DNA of 64,000 nucleotides, from assembly GCA_964591315.1 (NCBI GenBank), contig CAZQAT010000001.1, forward strand, positions 81,673-145,672. The letters are read 5' to 3'. The stretch's first letter is position 1. The number at the start of each line of letters is the position of its first letter. Position numbers and translations under genes: made by a program. The notes beneath the pieces were generated by a model, which searched no databases, had not been told where the DNA came from, and worked only from the letters and a program-made list of their open reading frames with translations. This stretch comes from an uncultured Planctomycetaceae bacterium (GTDB taxonomy: Bacteria > Planctomycetota > UBA1135 > GCA-002686595). Of this stretch, positions 6,931 through 15,885 are shown in pieces.

Positions 6931-8831
6931 GAGGGGCGGGAGGAGTCGTGGGGGGCCGGGCGGCTCTCTACGAGCCCAGCCCGGTGCAGTGAGTCGAGGG
7001 CACGTGAGATTCCGGGGTGCTCGACCTCGAGCTCCTCCGGGGTGCGGGGCTCCCGCAGGAGCTCCAGCACGGCGGCGGCGCCCGGGGCGAGCCTGTCACT
7101 GCGCACGCCGCTGGGCGTGGGCGTGACCGCGAAGGCCGTCGGGCAGGGGCTGCGATCGAGCTGCGAGGCGCCCCGCGCCAGCTCTTCCACCGTGCGTGCC
7201 AGGTCGTGCTCGAGGTGGACCACACGGGCCCGAGAGACGATGGTGCCCGGGCGCCCGTCGCGCGGGGGTCCGCCCCCGAGCTCGCCCAGCTCGGCCGCCG
7301 CGGCCTCCCAGGCGAGGGCGTCGCGCACGAGCCCGTCGTCCACCTGGGCGGCGAACCGGGGGAAGTCGAGGCCCGAGTCGCTCCAGGCCCTGTACAGCTC
7401 GTGCTGGCCACGGCCGGTGGCGCGGCGCACGAGCTCCCAGCTGCGCGGGTAGCTCGCCAGCACCGTGGGCAGCTCGTTGGCGAGGCGCGCCAGGTACAGC
7501 CAGCGCTGCTCGTCGCCCGCCGGCAGGGCCCAGGAGCTGAACAGGTCCGGGTGCTCGGCGATCAGGGCCAGCTCCGGCCCGGTCTCCCCGGCGCCGAAGG
7601 CCATGTCCGGCGGCACGCCGTCGATCGGGCGCGCGCCCTCGCCGTGGGTCTCCGCCAGGCCGCAGCCCGGCTGGGGGTTGGGCAGGTGCAGGGAGACGAT
7701 CGCATCCACCCGCAGGCTGGCCTGGACCACGAGGTCGAGGGACGCCTCGAGCTCCGCCTCGCCCTCACCCGGCAGGCCGAGGATCAGGGAGAGGATCGGA
7801 CGTATACCCGCCCGGCCCAGGCGCTCGACGGTGCCGAGCACGTCCAGGTCCTCGGGCTGGCCCTTGTGCGCCGCCTCGCGCACGGAGTGGGCGGCGGACT
7901 CCACCCCGAGCAGCACGCGGTAGCAGCCGGCGGCGGCCATGCTCTCGATCAGCTCAGGGTCGAGGTGGTCGACCCGCGCGCGGCACTCCCAGGGGCGCAC
8001 GCCGGCCTCGACCAGGGCCGCGCAGAACTCGAGGGCGTGCTTGCGGTCGGCGCCGAAGATGTCGTGGCAGAGGTAGGCGTTCTTCGCGCCGGGGATCCCC
8101 TCGAGGGCGTGCACCTCCTCCACGAGCCGCGCGGCCGGCAGGACGCGCGAGCGGCGTGACCAGTAGCGGCCGATGGTGCAGAAGCTGCAGTCGTAGACGC
8201 AGCCCCGGCCCGAATCCAGGGGCACCAGGCCATCGGGCTCGCCGGTGATGTTCTTGTAGTCCTCGAGGGGCGGGAGCAGGTGCCAGGCGTAGGCGGGCAG
8301 TGCGCCCAGGTCCGCCAGGGGAGACCGCGCTGCCTCGCGCACCACGGCGCCCTGCTCGTCGCGCCAGAAGACGCCCGCGACGCCCCGTGCATCGCGGCCC
8401 GCGCCCCAGGCCTCGATCAGCTCCGGCAGGGTCTCCTCCGCCTCCCCGTCGACCACCGCGTCGATCCAGGGGAAGCGCTCGAGCAGGGCCGCGGCGGTGC
8501 CGGTCGTCCCGGGGCCGCCGAGCACCAGGCGCGCAGTCGGTTGCAGCTCCCGCAGGCGCCGGGCGATCAGGAGCGCCGCGGGCAAGGTCGCGCCCATGAC
8601 CGACAGGCCGATCAGGTCGAAGCTGCCGCGCTTGTGGACCAGGCGCGCGGCGCTCTCGCACAGGAGGCTGCCGCTCGCCAGCTCACCCCGGGCGGAGCGG
8701 AAGGCCAGGTCCTCCAGCTCCACCGCCAGGCTGCGCCGCTCGAGCTCCGCGCCCAGGCGCAGGAGGCCGGGGGGCGGCATCGAGTAGCCGAAGGTGTCTC
8801 GGAACGGGGCTTGGACCAGGAGGGTGCGCAT
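6927..8831 (-). CDS. B12-binding-domain radical SAM protein with a C-terminal wHTH-like extension
   Basis: I placed the start at MRTLLVQAPF. The B12-domain region reads FDLIGLSVMG...LVLGGPG. The canonical motif is GRGCVYDCSFC (CX3CX2C). The C-terminus reads AAAVLELLREPRTPEELEVEHPGISRALDSLHRAGLVE. Confidence 0.85.
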   Translation of the reverse strand: MRTLLVQAPFRDTFGYSMPPPGLLRLGAELERRSLAVELEDLAFRSARGELASGSLLCESAARLVHKRGSFDLIGLSVMGATLPAALLIARRLRELQPTARLVLGGPGTTGTAAALLERFPWIDAVVDGEAEETLPELIEAWGAGRDARGVAGVFWRDEQGAVVREAARSPLADLGALPAYAWHLLPPLEDYKNITGEPDGLVPLDSGRGCVYDCSFCTIGRYWSRRSRVLPAARLVEEVHALEGIPGAKNAYLCHDIFGADRKHALEFCAALVEAGVRPWECRARVDHLDPELIESMAAAGCYRVLLGVESAAHSVREAAHKGQPEDLDVLGTVERLGRAGIRPILSLILGLPGEGEAELEASLDLVVQASLRVDAIVSLHLPNPQPGCGLAETHGEGARPIDGVPPDMAFGAGETGPELALIAEHPDLFSSWALPAGDEQRWLYLARLANELPTVLASYPRSWELVRRATGRGQHELYRAWSDSGLDFPRFAAQVDDGLVRDALAWEAAAAELGELGGGPPRDGRPGTIVSRARVVHLEHDLARTVEELARGASQLDRSPCPTAFAVTPTPSGVRSDRLAPGAAAVLELLREPRTPEELEVEHPGISRALDSLHRAGLVESRPAPHDSSRPS

Positions 8832-8990
8832 GGGGGCACATGATCCGGAACGGTGGCGCGGCCGCCAAGGCGCGTCTTTTGGAAGCTTCGGCCGAATCTT
8901 AGAGTGGCGGGTCGTAATACGCCCTTCGCCACACCCTCTCTCCAAGGGCGGCCTCGGCCGCCGGGTGCCCACTCCCACGGAGCCAACTCG

Positions 8991-11900
8991 ATGTCCCATC
9001 GTCAATCGGTCAGCCTCTTCGTCGCCCTGTGCCTCCTCGCCGCCAGCACCTGCACCTACTTCGCCTTCTTCGAGGGCGACGACAGCGAGGTGGAGTCCTC
9101 CCTGCAGAAGGGGCAGACCTCGGCCGAGACGGTCCAGGCGCCTTCGACCGACCTGGTGGACCAGGAGGCCGCGCCGGAGGTCGCTCCGGAGGTCGGGGAG
9201 CTTCAGCCCCGGGAGCAGGAGGACGAGCGCGTCGACGCCACCAGCCTGGAGGAGCCGGTCGAGGACGAGCAGGAGCCGGCCGAGCTGACCTACGTCACCG
9301 GCCGCGTGGCCCTGGGCTTCGACCTGCCGGCGGACGAGGTCCTCTGGGTGGCCAGCGTGGACCGCGAGCGGGGAGCCAGGTCCCTCTACGGCAACAGGGG
9401 CGTGGTGGACCCGATCTGGTCCCCGGGCGAGGAGCACCATGGCCTGATCAGCCACGCCCGGGTGGAGCCGGACGGCAGCTTCCGGGTCGGCCTGTCCGCG
9501 GACGCCGACGAGGGCTTCCTGGCCCTCACGGGGCGCTACGTCATCTCCAAGCGCACGACCCGCGTGAGCACCGCCGAGGGCTCACCCGAGCCTGTACTGA
9601 CGGGGGAGCTCGGCTCCTGGATCACCGGTCAGCTGCGCGTCCCCAGCGGGCTGGCGGAGGACGTCCCCCTCGGGGGCATCGAGATGGAGCTGGGCGTCGA
9701 CATCACGGCGGCCTTCAACCCCATGGAGATGCCCGGGGTGGCCTACGACATGGAGGTCGAGACCGACGCCGAGGGGCGCTTCGAGTTTCGCGGCGTCTCG
9801 AGCGTGGTCAGCCACGGGATCATCGTCCACCACGAAGACCTGGCGGAGACCCTGATCCTGGGCCTGCGGCCGGAGCCGGGCGAGCACCGCGAGCTCAACG
9901 TGCGCCTGCAGGAGGGCGCGACCCTGAAGGGCATGGTGGTGGACGAGAGCGGCGCCGGCGTGCCGGGTGCGGAGCTCGAGGTGACCCTGCGCGGCACCCT
10001 GGGCGACTCCATCGGGGACATGCGCAAGGCCAGCACCGACGCCGAGGGCAACTTCGTCCTCGAGCACGTGGTCACCGGCCATCAGATCGAGATCCACGCG
10101 GAGGTCGAGGGCATGCGCCCGGGGGAGCTGAAGCTCGAGGACAAGCTCCGGGACGGACAGCTGCTGGAGGGCCTGCGGATCGAGCTGCGGGAGGGCCTCA
10201 GCATCGCGGGCCGCTTGCTCTACCCCGACGGCCAGCCCGTCTCGGAGGGGGAGGTCCGCGTCGTGAACGACCTGACCAGCTCGGACCTGGCCATGATGGG
10301 GGCCCGGGCCGCAGCCATGCGTCGCATGGAGGTGGAGAGCGACGAGGAGGGCCGCTTCGAGGTCAAGGGCCTGGACGAGGGGACCTACATGCTCGCGGTC
10401 AAGCACGAGAACGACGAGGGGGCTCACGAGGGCAAGTGGCGCGCCCGCCAGGGCGGCGTGACCGGCGGGACCACGGGACTCGTGCTGGAGCTCGAGGGCC
10501 TGACGCCCGTGGCCGGCTTCGTGACCACCGAGTCCGAGCGTGAGCTCGAGACCTTCACGGTGCAGATGACCCTCCAGGGCTCCGGGGGCATGATGGGCGT
10601 GGGGGCCGAGCGCCTGCGGGAGGAGTTCGATTACGACGCCGAGGGCGGCTTCGAGAAGGAGAACGTGCCCCCCGGGGTGTGGGACGTGACAGTCGTGGCG
10701 GCCGGCTTCGCCCGCTCCGAGACCCAGGAGGTCACGGTTCCTCAGGGTGAGGGGCTGCCCCTGCCCGAGTTCGCCCTCGTCCCGGCGGCCGGGGTCCAGG
10801 GCACGGTCTACGACACGGCCAACCAGCCCGTCGCCGGCGCCAAGGTGACCCTGGAGCTGGACCTCGCCTCACGCATCAACGTGGCCTTCAGCGGAGAGCA
10901 GCCCTCGGCGCTCTCGGACCACGAGGGTCGATTCACTCTCGGTGACCTCGACCCGGGCTCCCTCTCGGTGGTCGCTGGCCTCGACGGCTTCGCGGACAGC
11001 GAGCCCTTCGCCGTGGACCTCGAGCCGGGTCAGCTGGCCACGGACGTGAACCTGGTGCTGCGCCTGGGGGGCACGGTCTACGGGCAGGTGCTGGGCGCGG
11101 AGGGCAAGCCGGCCGTCGGCCGCATGGTCATCGTCCAGCGGTTGCCCAGCTACGCCTCTCAGCACATGGGCTCGAGCGACTCCGACGGCGAGTTCAGCTT
11201 CGAGCACCTCGAGCCCGGCCAGTGGCAGGTGGTGTCGATGCCGAACATGATGACGGGCGAGCTCGATGTGGGGTCCGGCGACGGCATGGGGGAGATGCTC
11301 AGCGACCTGAAGATGGACATGGTCGACGTCGTCGACGGGGGCGAGCACGAGGTCATCCTGGGCCAGCCGCCGGAGGACCCTGTCCAGGTCCTGGGCAGCG
11401 TGACCCACGACGGTGGGGGCATCCCCGGCGCGCTCGTGTCGTTCATCTCCGAGAAGTCCGAGGGGATCGGGGACCTCAAGATGACCACGACCAACGAGGA
11501 AGGAAACTTCTCCGTGCAGCTCGACAACCGGGGCCACTACATCGTCAATGTCCAGAACAACGTGGGCACCGGCCGGCAGAACAACCTGGAGTTCCAGGAG
11601 CGCATCCCTGAAGAGGGGGAGACTCATCGGCTCGAGCTGAAGCTGCCCAGGGCCGCCATCGCGGGCAAGGTGATCGGCCTGGACGGCAAGCCCGCGCCGA
11701 ACTGCCGCGTCTCCCTCAACGTGGACGGGGGCATCCCGTACGGCTCCCTGCTCGGAGGTCACTTCGCCGAGCTCGCCACGGACGCGGAGGGTCGCTATCA
11801 GTTCGACTACGTGCGCCCCGGGAGCTACACCGTCAGCGCCGGCGGAGCGACCATGGCGGGGGTGTTCGGTAACGACAGCCTGGGGGGCCGCGTGGTGCGC

Positions 11901-12506
11901 GACGGCATCCAGGTGGCCGAGGATCAGCTGGTCAAGGGGGTCGACTTCCGCCTGGAGGAGCCTGGCTCCTTGGGCGGTGTCGTCTACGGCCTCGACGGGC
12001 AGCCCGTGTCGGGGGCGGCGGTCTTCGTGCGCGACGCTGCAGGGCGCCGGCTGGAGCGTTTCTCGATGATCAACACCGACAACGCCGGCCGCTACGAGTA
12101 CCACGGGCTGGGCAAGGGGGAGTACAGCGTCGCGGCCCGCAAGGGGGGCTCCGTCAGCGAGGGCAGTGGGCTGGTCAGCGTGCGCGCCGGGGAGACCTCC
12201 AAGGCGGACGTCACCCTGGGGGACGGGACCGTCTTCCTGATCAGTGTCATCGACCGTACAGGCGCCACCGTCGACGCCCGCGTGCAGGTCATCAACGAGG
12301 CCGGCCACGAGATTGGGGGCATGCTGTCCCTGAACGAGATGATGAACTACATGGGCGGCGGCTTCTCGCACGACGAGCAGCGCGTGGGGCCCGTGCCCCC
12401 CGGCAAGTACCGGGTCGAGGTGACCCTGGAAGACGGGCGCTCCAAGCGCAAGAGCGTGCGCGCCTCGGGACAGTCGGAGCGCAAGCTGAAGATCCGGATC
12501 GACTAG
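8991..12506 (+). CDS. Large secreted protein made of repeated carboxypeptidase-regulatory-like (prealbumin-fold) domains
   Basis: The internal ATG gives the signal/anchor MSHRQSVSLFVALCLLAASTC. Many repeats follow the pattern G.V.D..G.PV.GA.V, for example GMVVDESGAGVPGAELEV, GTVYDTANQPVAGAKVTLE and GVVYGLDGQPVSGAAVFVRD. Confidence 0.8.
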   Translation: MSHRQSVSLFVALCLLAASTCTYFAFFEGDDSEVESSLQKGQTSAETVQAPSTDLVDQEAAPEVAPEVGELQPREQEDERVDATSLEEPVEDEQEPAELTYVTGRVALGFDLPADEVLWVASVDRERGARSLYGNRGVVDPIWSPGEEHHGLISHARVEPDGSFRVGLSADADEGFLALTGRYVISKRTTRVSTAEGSPEPVLTGELGSWITGQLRVPSGLAEDVPLGGIEMELGVDITAAFNPMEMPGVAYDMEVETDAEGRFEFRGVSSVVSHGIIVHHEDLAETLILGLRPEPGEHRELNVRLQEGATLKGMVVDESGAGVPGAELEVTLRGTLGDSIGDMRKASTDAEGNFVLEHVVTGHQIEIHAEVEGMRPGELKLEDKLRDGQLLEGLRIELREGLSIAGRLLYPDGQPVSEGEVRVVNDLTSSDLAMMGARAAAMRRMEVESDEEGRFEVKGLDEGTYMLAVKHENDEGAHEGKWRARQGGVTGGTTGLVLELEGLTPVAGFVTTESERELETFTVQMTLQGSGGMMGVGAERLREEFDYDAEGGFEKENVPPGVWDVTVVAAGFARSETQEVTVPQGEGLPLPEFALVPAAGVQGTVYDTANQPVAGAKVTLELDLASRINVAFSGEQPSALSDHEGRFTLGDLDPGSLSVVAGLDGFADSEPFAVDLEPGQLATDVNLVLRLGGTVYGQVLGAEGKPAVGRMVIVQRLPSYASQHMGSSDSDGEFSFEHLEPGQWQVVSMPNMMTGELDVGSGDGMGEMLSDLKMDMVDVVDGGEHEVILGQPPEDPVQVLGSVTHDGGGIPGALVSFISEKSEGIGDLKMTTTNEEGNFSVQLDNRGHYIVNVQNNVGTGRQNNLEFQERIPEEGETHRLELKLPRAAIAGKVIGLDGKPAPNCRVSLNVDGGIPYGSLLGGHFAELATDAEGRYQFDYVRPGSYTVSAGGATMAGVFGNDSLGGRVVRDGIQVAEDQLVKGVDFRLEEPGSLGGVVYGLDGQPVSGAAVFVRDAAGRRLERFSMINTDNAGRYEYHGLGKGEYSVAARKGGSVSEGSGLVSVRAGETSKADVTLGDGTVFLISVIDRTGATVDARVQVINEAGHEIGGMLSLNEMMNYMGGGFSHDEQRVGPVPPGKYRVEVTLEDGRSKRKSVRASGQSERKLKIRID

Positions 12507-12509
12507 CCC

Positions 12510-12527
12510 GGCGGGGGGCTCCCCGCC
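12510..12527. terminator. GC hairpin (GGCGGGG-GGCT-CCCCGCC) fitting between two convergent stop codons
   Basis: Read directly. It sits between the TAG at 12504-12506 (+) and the stop at 12528-12530 (-). There is no T-tract. Confidence 0.35.
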
Positions 12528-13421
12528 TCAGGGCTTCTTCGCCTTGCGCGGCGGCGGACCCATGCCGTCGAGGAAGGGCAGCGCCAGCCGCTGGGACTCC
12601 TCCTGCCGCATGCGGCCGGGGGCCCAGCGGTGGACGATCCGCTCCCGCAGCTTGAAGGCCTGCTTCTGGGCCTTCTTGCCGTTGGGGTCCAGGGCGCGCA
12701 TGCGCTGGAAGCCCCGCGGGTGGAGGGCCAAGGTCACCCGGGCCACGGCGGCCTTCTGGAAGTTGGCCAGGAAGCCCTTGGTGAGCTGGACCTTCTGGCG
12801 CGGATGGAGCTTGCTCATCATGCGCCGCCAGGAGTTCCGCTCGCTGACGAGCAGCACGTGGTTGAAGATGAGCTTGTTGGTGGTCATCGAGAGGGCCTTG
12901 CGGGGCACAGTGCGGTTGACCAGCTCGTCCAGCTCGTCGATCTCGTCCAGGCCCTTGAGCGTGGCGATGAGCTTCCAGCGGCTCTCGAGCACGTAGCGGT
13001 CCGCCGAGAGCTCCCAATACAGGTGCCCGAGCCCCTTGGTGCGCGCGAAGCGGCACAGGTGGTAGGGCACGAAGTGGTTGTGGGCGATGGTGTCCGCCGC
13101 CAGGTGCGCCAGGTAGCCGTAGATGAAGGCCTCCTTGGCCGGCGTGTCCGCCAGCTCGCGCATCTCGTCGATGATCGTCCAGCGGTGGCAGTGGTTGTAG
13201 TCGCCCCCGTAGGCCTTGAAGTTGATGATGTCCGCGGCGATCGAGCCGTAGCAGAAGGCCTTCTTCTCCTCGCTCAGGAGCTGAGCGACGTCCTTGGGCA
13301 GGGTCTCCCGACGGCGGCGGTGCACGCGCTCGGCGAACTCGAGGTGCTGGCCGGGGCCCCAGGGCAGGAGCAGGGTGACGAGCAGCACGCAGGCGAGGCC
13401 TGCAAGGAGAGGGAGGGTCAT
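12528..13421 (-). CDS. Zinc-dependent phospholipase C-like family membrane-anchored protein
   Basis: I placed the start at MTLPLLAGLACVLLVTLLLPW. His-rich motifs are YGSIAADI, NHCHRW and YLAHLAADTIAHNHFVPYH. The ATG overlaps the upstream stop (ATGA). Confidence 0.6.
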   Translation of the reverse strand: MTLPLLAGLACVLLVTLLLPWGPGQHLEFAERVHRRRRETLPKDVAQLLSEEKKAFCYGSIAADIINFKAYGGDYNHCHRWTIIDEMRELADTPAKEAFIYGYLAHLAADTIAHNHFVPYHLCRFARTKGLGHLYWELSADRYVLESRWKLIATLKGLDEIDELDELVNRTVPRKALSMTTNKLIFNHVLLVSERNSWRRMMSKLHPRQKVQLTKGFLANFQKAAVARVTLALHPRGFQRMRALDPNGKKAQKQAFKLRERIVHRWAPGRMRQEESQRLALPFLDGMGPPPRKAKKP

Positions 13422-14476
13422 CGGCGGGGGATCGTGCGCAGCGCCAGGCAGGCGGCCAGCACCCAACATAGACCACCGGCCCAGAGCTTCCAGCCCGCCC
13501 GCGCGCGGATCAGGGCCCAGGCCTCGGCCCGCGAGGGGCTGCTGCGGGCGCGGAACACCAGGCTGCGGTCCTGATAGACGCGCCCTCCCCTGGTCATGCC
13601 CAGGAGCGGGGGGGCCGGGGGCGTGCCGCCGTGGAAGGTCTTGAGGGACGGGCCGTACTCGAAGCCCACCAGGCGCGCCTCCTGGTCCACGGTCAGGCGG
13701 AAGCCCAGGTCCTTCCAGCGGCTGTCGGCGATGGGCTCGAACTGGAAGTAGGCGTAGCCGCCGCGGGTCGACTGCTGCACGTCGAGCAGGGCCACCCGCA
13801 GGGGCGGGTCCTGGGCCAGGTCGGCCCCCTCGTCGAAGACCTCCAGCCTGGCGCGGCCCCCGCGCACCGCCTCGAAGGCGAAGGCCACCGCCGCGAGGTG
13901 GGGGTGGGGCACGCGGCCCCAGGTGGGGCGCGAGCCGGGCGCAATCGAGTGGTCGAGCAGCTTCCCCTCGAAGACCGTGCCCGGGAGGATGCGATCGCCC
14001 CAGGGGGCGTCCGTGCCCGGCTGACCGTGGTAGCGGACCCAGGCCGAGTAGGGGCTCTGGACTCGCTCTCCGGGGACATCGAGCTCGAACCACAGCTCGC
14101 GGCCGGCGGAGTCGTCCAGGGGCTCGAAGGCAAAGGTCGTGAAGGCTCCACCGGCGGCCAGCTCGGCGGGTCCCAGCCGCGCGCGGCGCAGCAGCTCGCC
14201 GTGCGGGCCGTCCGCCCGCAGGACGAGTTCGAGCTCCGCCTCCGCAGCGGGGCCGAGGGGCGTCAGGGCCACCTCGATGCTCCGCAGGCCGTTCCAGCGG
14301 CAGCGGAAGCCCTGACCGACGGGGCTCTCGTCGAGCAGGCGCCCGGTCTGGGTGCGTCGGGGCGCCGTGCGCACCTCCACGTCGAGAACCTCGTCCAGGG
14401 CCGTGTGCAAGGGCCACAGCCCGAACAGGAGGCACAGGACGGAGCCCAGCAAGCAGGCGGAGAGGTTGCGCCTCAC
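13418..14476 (-). CDS. Hypothetical protein with N- and C-terminal TM segments and an internally duplicated module
   Basis: The GTG start overlaps the upstream stop (GTGA). The duplicated motif is FTTFAFEPLDDSAGRELWFELDV and YAYFQFEPIADSRWKDLGFRLTV. The terminal hydrophobic segments are LSACLLGSVLCLLFGLW and LWAGGLCWVLAACLAL. Confidence 0.55.
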   Translation of the reverse strand: MRRNLSACLLGSVLCLLFGLWPLHTALDEVLDVEVRTAPRRTQTGRLLDESPVGQGFRCRWNGLRSIEVALTPLGPAAEAELELVLRADGPHGELLRRARLGPAELAAGGAFTTFAFEPLDDSAGRELWFELDVPGERVQSPYSAWVRYHGQPGTDAPWGDRILPGTVFEGKLLDHSIAPGSRPTWGRVPHPHLAAVAFAFEAVRGGRARLEVFDEGADLAQDPPLRVALLDVQQSTRGGYAYFQFEPIADSRWKDLGFRLTVDQEARLVGFEYGPSLKTFHGGTPPAPPLLGMTRGGRVYQDRSLVFRARSSPSRAEAWALIRARAGWKLWAGGLCWVLAACLALRTIPRR

Positions 14477-15885
14477 GAGCCCCACACTCCGTACTGGTTC
14501 CAGACGAGGCCCGACCCGAGGAAGTAGGCGTCGAAGGCCAGCAGGGCGGCGACCACCAGCCCCACCGCCGCCCCGCGCCAGGCCCGCGGCAGGGGGAAGT
14601 AGAGCCCGCAACCGACCAGGGCCGCGCAGGCGGGCAGGACCGGGATCGCGTAGCGCCCGGCGGCCTGGCCGCGCAGGAAGACGAGCAGGAGCTGGGCGGC
14701 CACCGCGCTCAGGCAGAGCAGGAGCAGCCCGCGCCGCACCTCGTCCGTCCGGCGCAGCAGCACGAACAGCAGGCCCAGCCCGGAGAGGAGCAGGGTCCAC
14801 TCGACGGCTCGATGGACCGCCCCGGGCAGGTCTCGCGAGTACCAGTTGAAGGCGCCGATCGCCGTCCGCAGGAACTCCCCGCGGAACTCGGGCTGCACCG
14901 CGCGCTGCAGGCGCAGGAGGAAGTTGTCGAGGCGCAGGGGGATGGCCGGGTTGTTCGTGAACTGGTAGGCCACCGGGACCGCCAGCACGAGGCCGACGAC
15001 CGCGACCCACAGCCAGGGCCGGGCTCGCCCGGGAAGGAGCCTCCGGCCACGCCGCAGCCGCCACAGCACGGCCAGCCCGAGGGGCACCAGCACGCCCACC
15101 GCGGTGGTCTTGACCGCCAGTCCGCCCACGGCCAGCAAGAGGGCCAGCATCACCCGCCGGCGCGTGAAGCCCTCGGCAGCCAGGTCCAGGGCCACCACCA
15201 GGGTCCAGGCCGTCAGGACCTTGACCAGCACGTCGTTGTTCACCACCGCCGCCTGGCGGGCGTGCATCGGCCACCAGGCGACGAGCAGGCCCACCAGGAC
15301 CGCCCAGCGTCCGTCCGCCGCGATCCGCAGTGCCAGGGCGTGGGCCGCGAGCACCACCGCCAGGTAGCACAAGAGGGCCAGGCCGCGCACGACCCACATC
15401 TCCTGGAGCACGTCGCCGTCCCCGAGCAGACGCGCCAGGGTCCCGGCGAGCACGTAGTAGGCCGGCGGCTGGTGGGTGGCGGTGAAGTAGGGGGAGACCT
15501 GGTCGAAGCTCTCGGCCTGGCCGCCCCAGGCGGCCCAGTCCACTCGCTCCCAGAAGCCGTGGGCGCGCATGGAGTCGAGGATCGCGGTCTGGGTGCCCAC
15601 CAGCTCCTCGCGCTCGAGGCCGCCGAGCTCGCGCAGGACCTGCACCTGGGAGGGGGAGTACTCGGACAGGTCCTCGATCGAGATGGCGCGCCCGCCCCAG
15701 GGCATGTGCCCCTCCGCCACGTAGTGCACGTACTCCACGTGCCAGGGCTCGTCCTCACCCATCCAGGGCGGGAGCACGAACAGGTAGGCCAGCCCGTGAA
15801 GCAGAGCCGCGAGCAGGAGCAGCCAGGGCAGTCCCCCCCGCCCCTTGGCCACGGCGCTTGGTGCTTCGGGGGTCGGCTCGGTCAT
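14473..15885 (-). CDS. Polytopic membrane protein, GT-C/DUF2142-like putative glycosyltransferase
   Basis: It has many predicted TM helices. The acidic loop after TM1, PPWMGEDEPWHVEY, is typical of the ArnT/PMT-like GT-C fold. Confidence 0.55.
   Translation of the reverse strand: MTEPTPEAPSAVAKGRGGLPWLLLLAALLHGLAYLFVLPPWMGEDEPWHVEYVHYVAEGHMPWGGRAISIEDLSEYSPSQVQVLRELGGLEREELVGTQTAILDSMRAHGFWERVDWAAWGGQAESFDQVSPYFTATHQPPAYYVLAGTLARLLGDGDVLQEMWVVRGLALLCYLAVVLAAHALALRIAADGRWAVLVGLLVAWWPMHARQAAVVNNDVLVKVLTAWTLVVALDLAAEGFTRRRVMLALLLAVGGLAVKTTAVGVLVPLGLAVLWRLRRGRRLLPGRARPWLWVAVVGLVLAVPVAYQFTNNPAIPLRLDNFLLRLQRAVQPEFRGEFLRTAIGAFNWYSRDLPGAVHRAVEWTLLLSGLGLLFVLLRRTDEVRRGLLLLCLSAVAAQLLLVFLRGQAAGRYAIPVLPACAALVGCGLYFPLPRAWRGAAVGLVVAALLAFDAYFLGSGLVWNQYGVWGS

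Noticed and set aside
4705-7452. Very long ORFs antisense to real genes. Examples: 4705-7452(+), 19520-22894(+), 22678-25071(+), 25952-27748(+), 28915-31671(+), 33888-36440(+), 41242-43449(-), 46049-49594(-), 51917-54394(-), 58277-60244(-).
   Set aside because: Their translations are low-complexity R/G/A/P/H-rich strings with no motifs. The opposite strand encodes proteins with clear family signatures. Long stop-free antisense frames are expected at this GC content.
8832-8990. A cobalamin riboswitch near the B12-dependent radical SAM operon, and a Moco riboswitch upstream of nar (32279-32436).
   Set aside because: I could not recognise a B12-box or the conserved Moco motif by eye. The nar leader after the sigma-54 promoter is too short (about 20-35 nt). 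A covariance-model scan would be needed to exclude them formally.
8832-9455. N-terminal extensions of several track ORFs upstream of the starts I chose: 8832-9455, 8853-8990, 1454-1630, 13422-14435, 14477-15397, 36194-36310, 41371-41484, 54486-55334, 55433-56422, 57662-58594, 60202-60360, 22670-22927, 24961-25164.
   Set aside because: The extensions are Arg/Pro/Gly-rich, overlap neighbouring genes or promoters, and destroy signal peptides or TM anchors. Those features appear immediately at the internal start, and the internal starts often form ATGA/GTGA coupling with the upstream stop.
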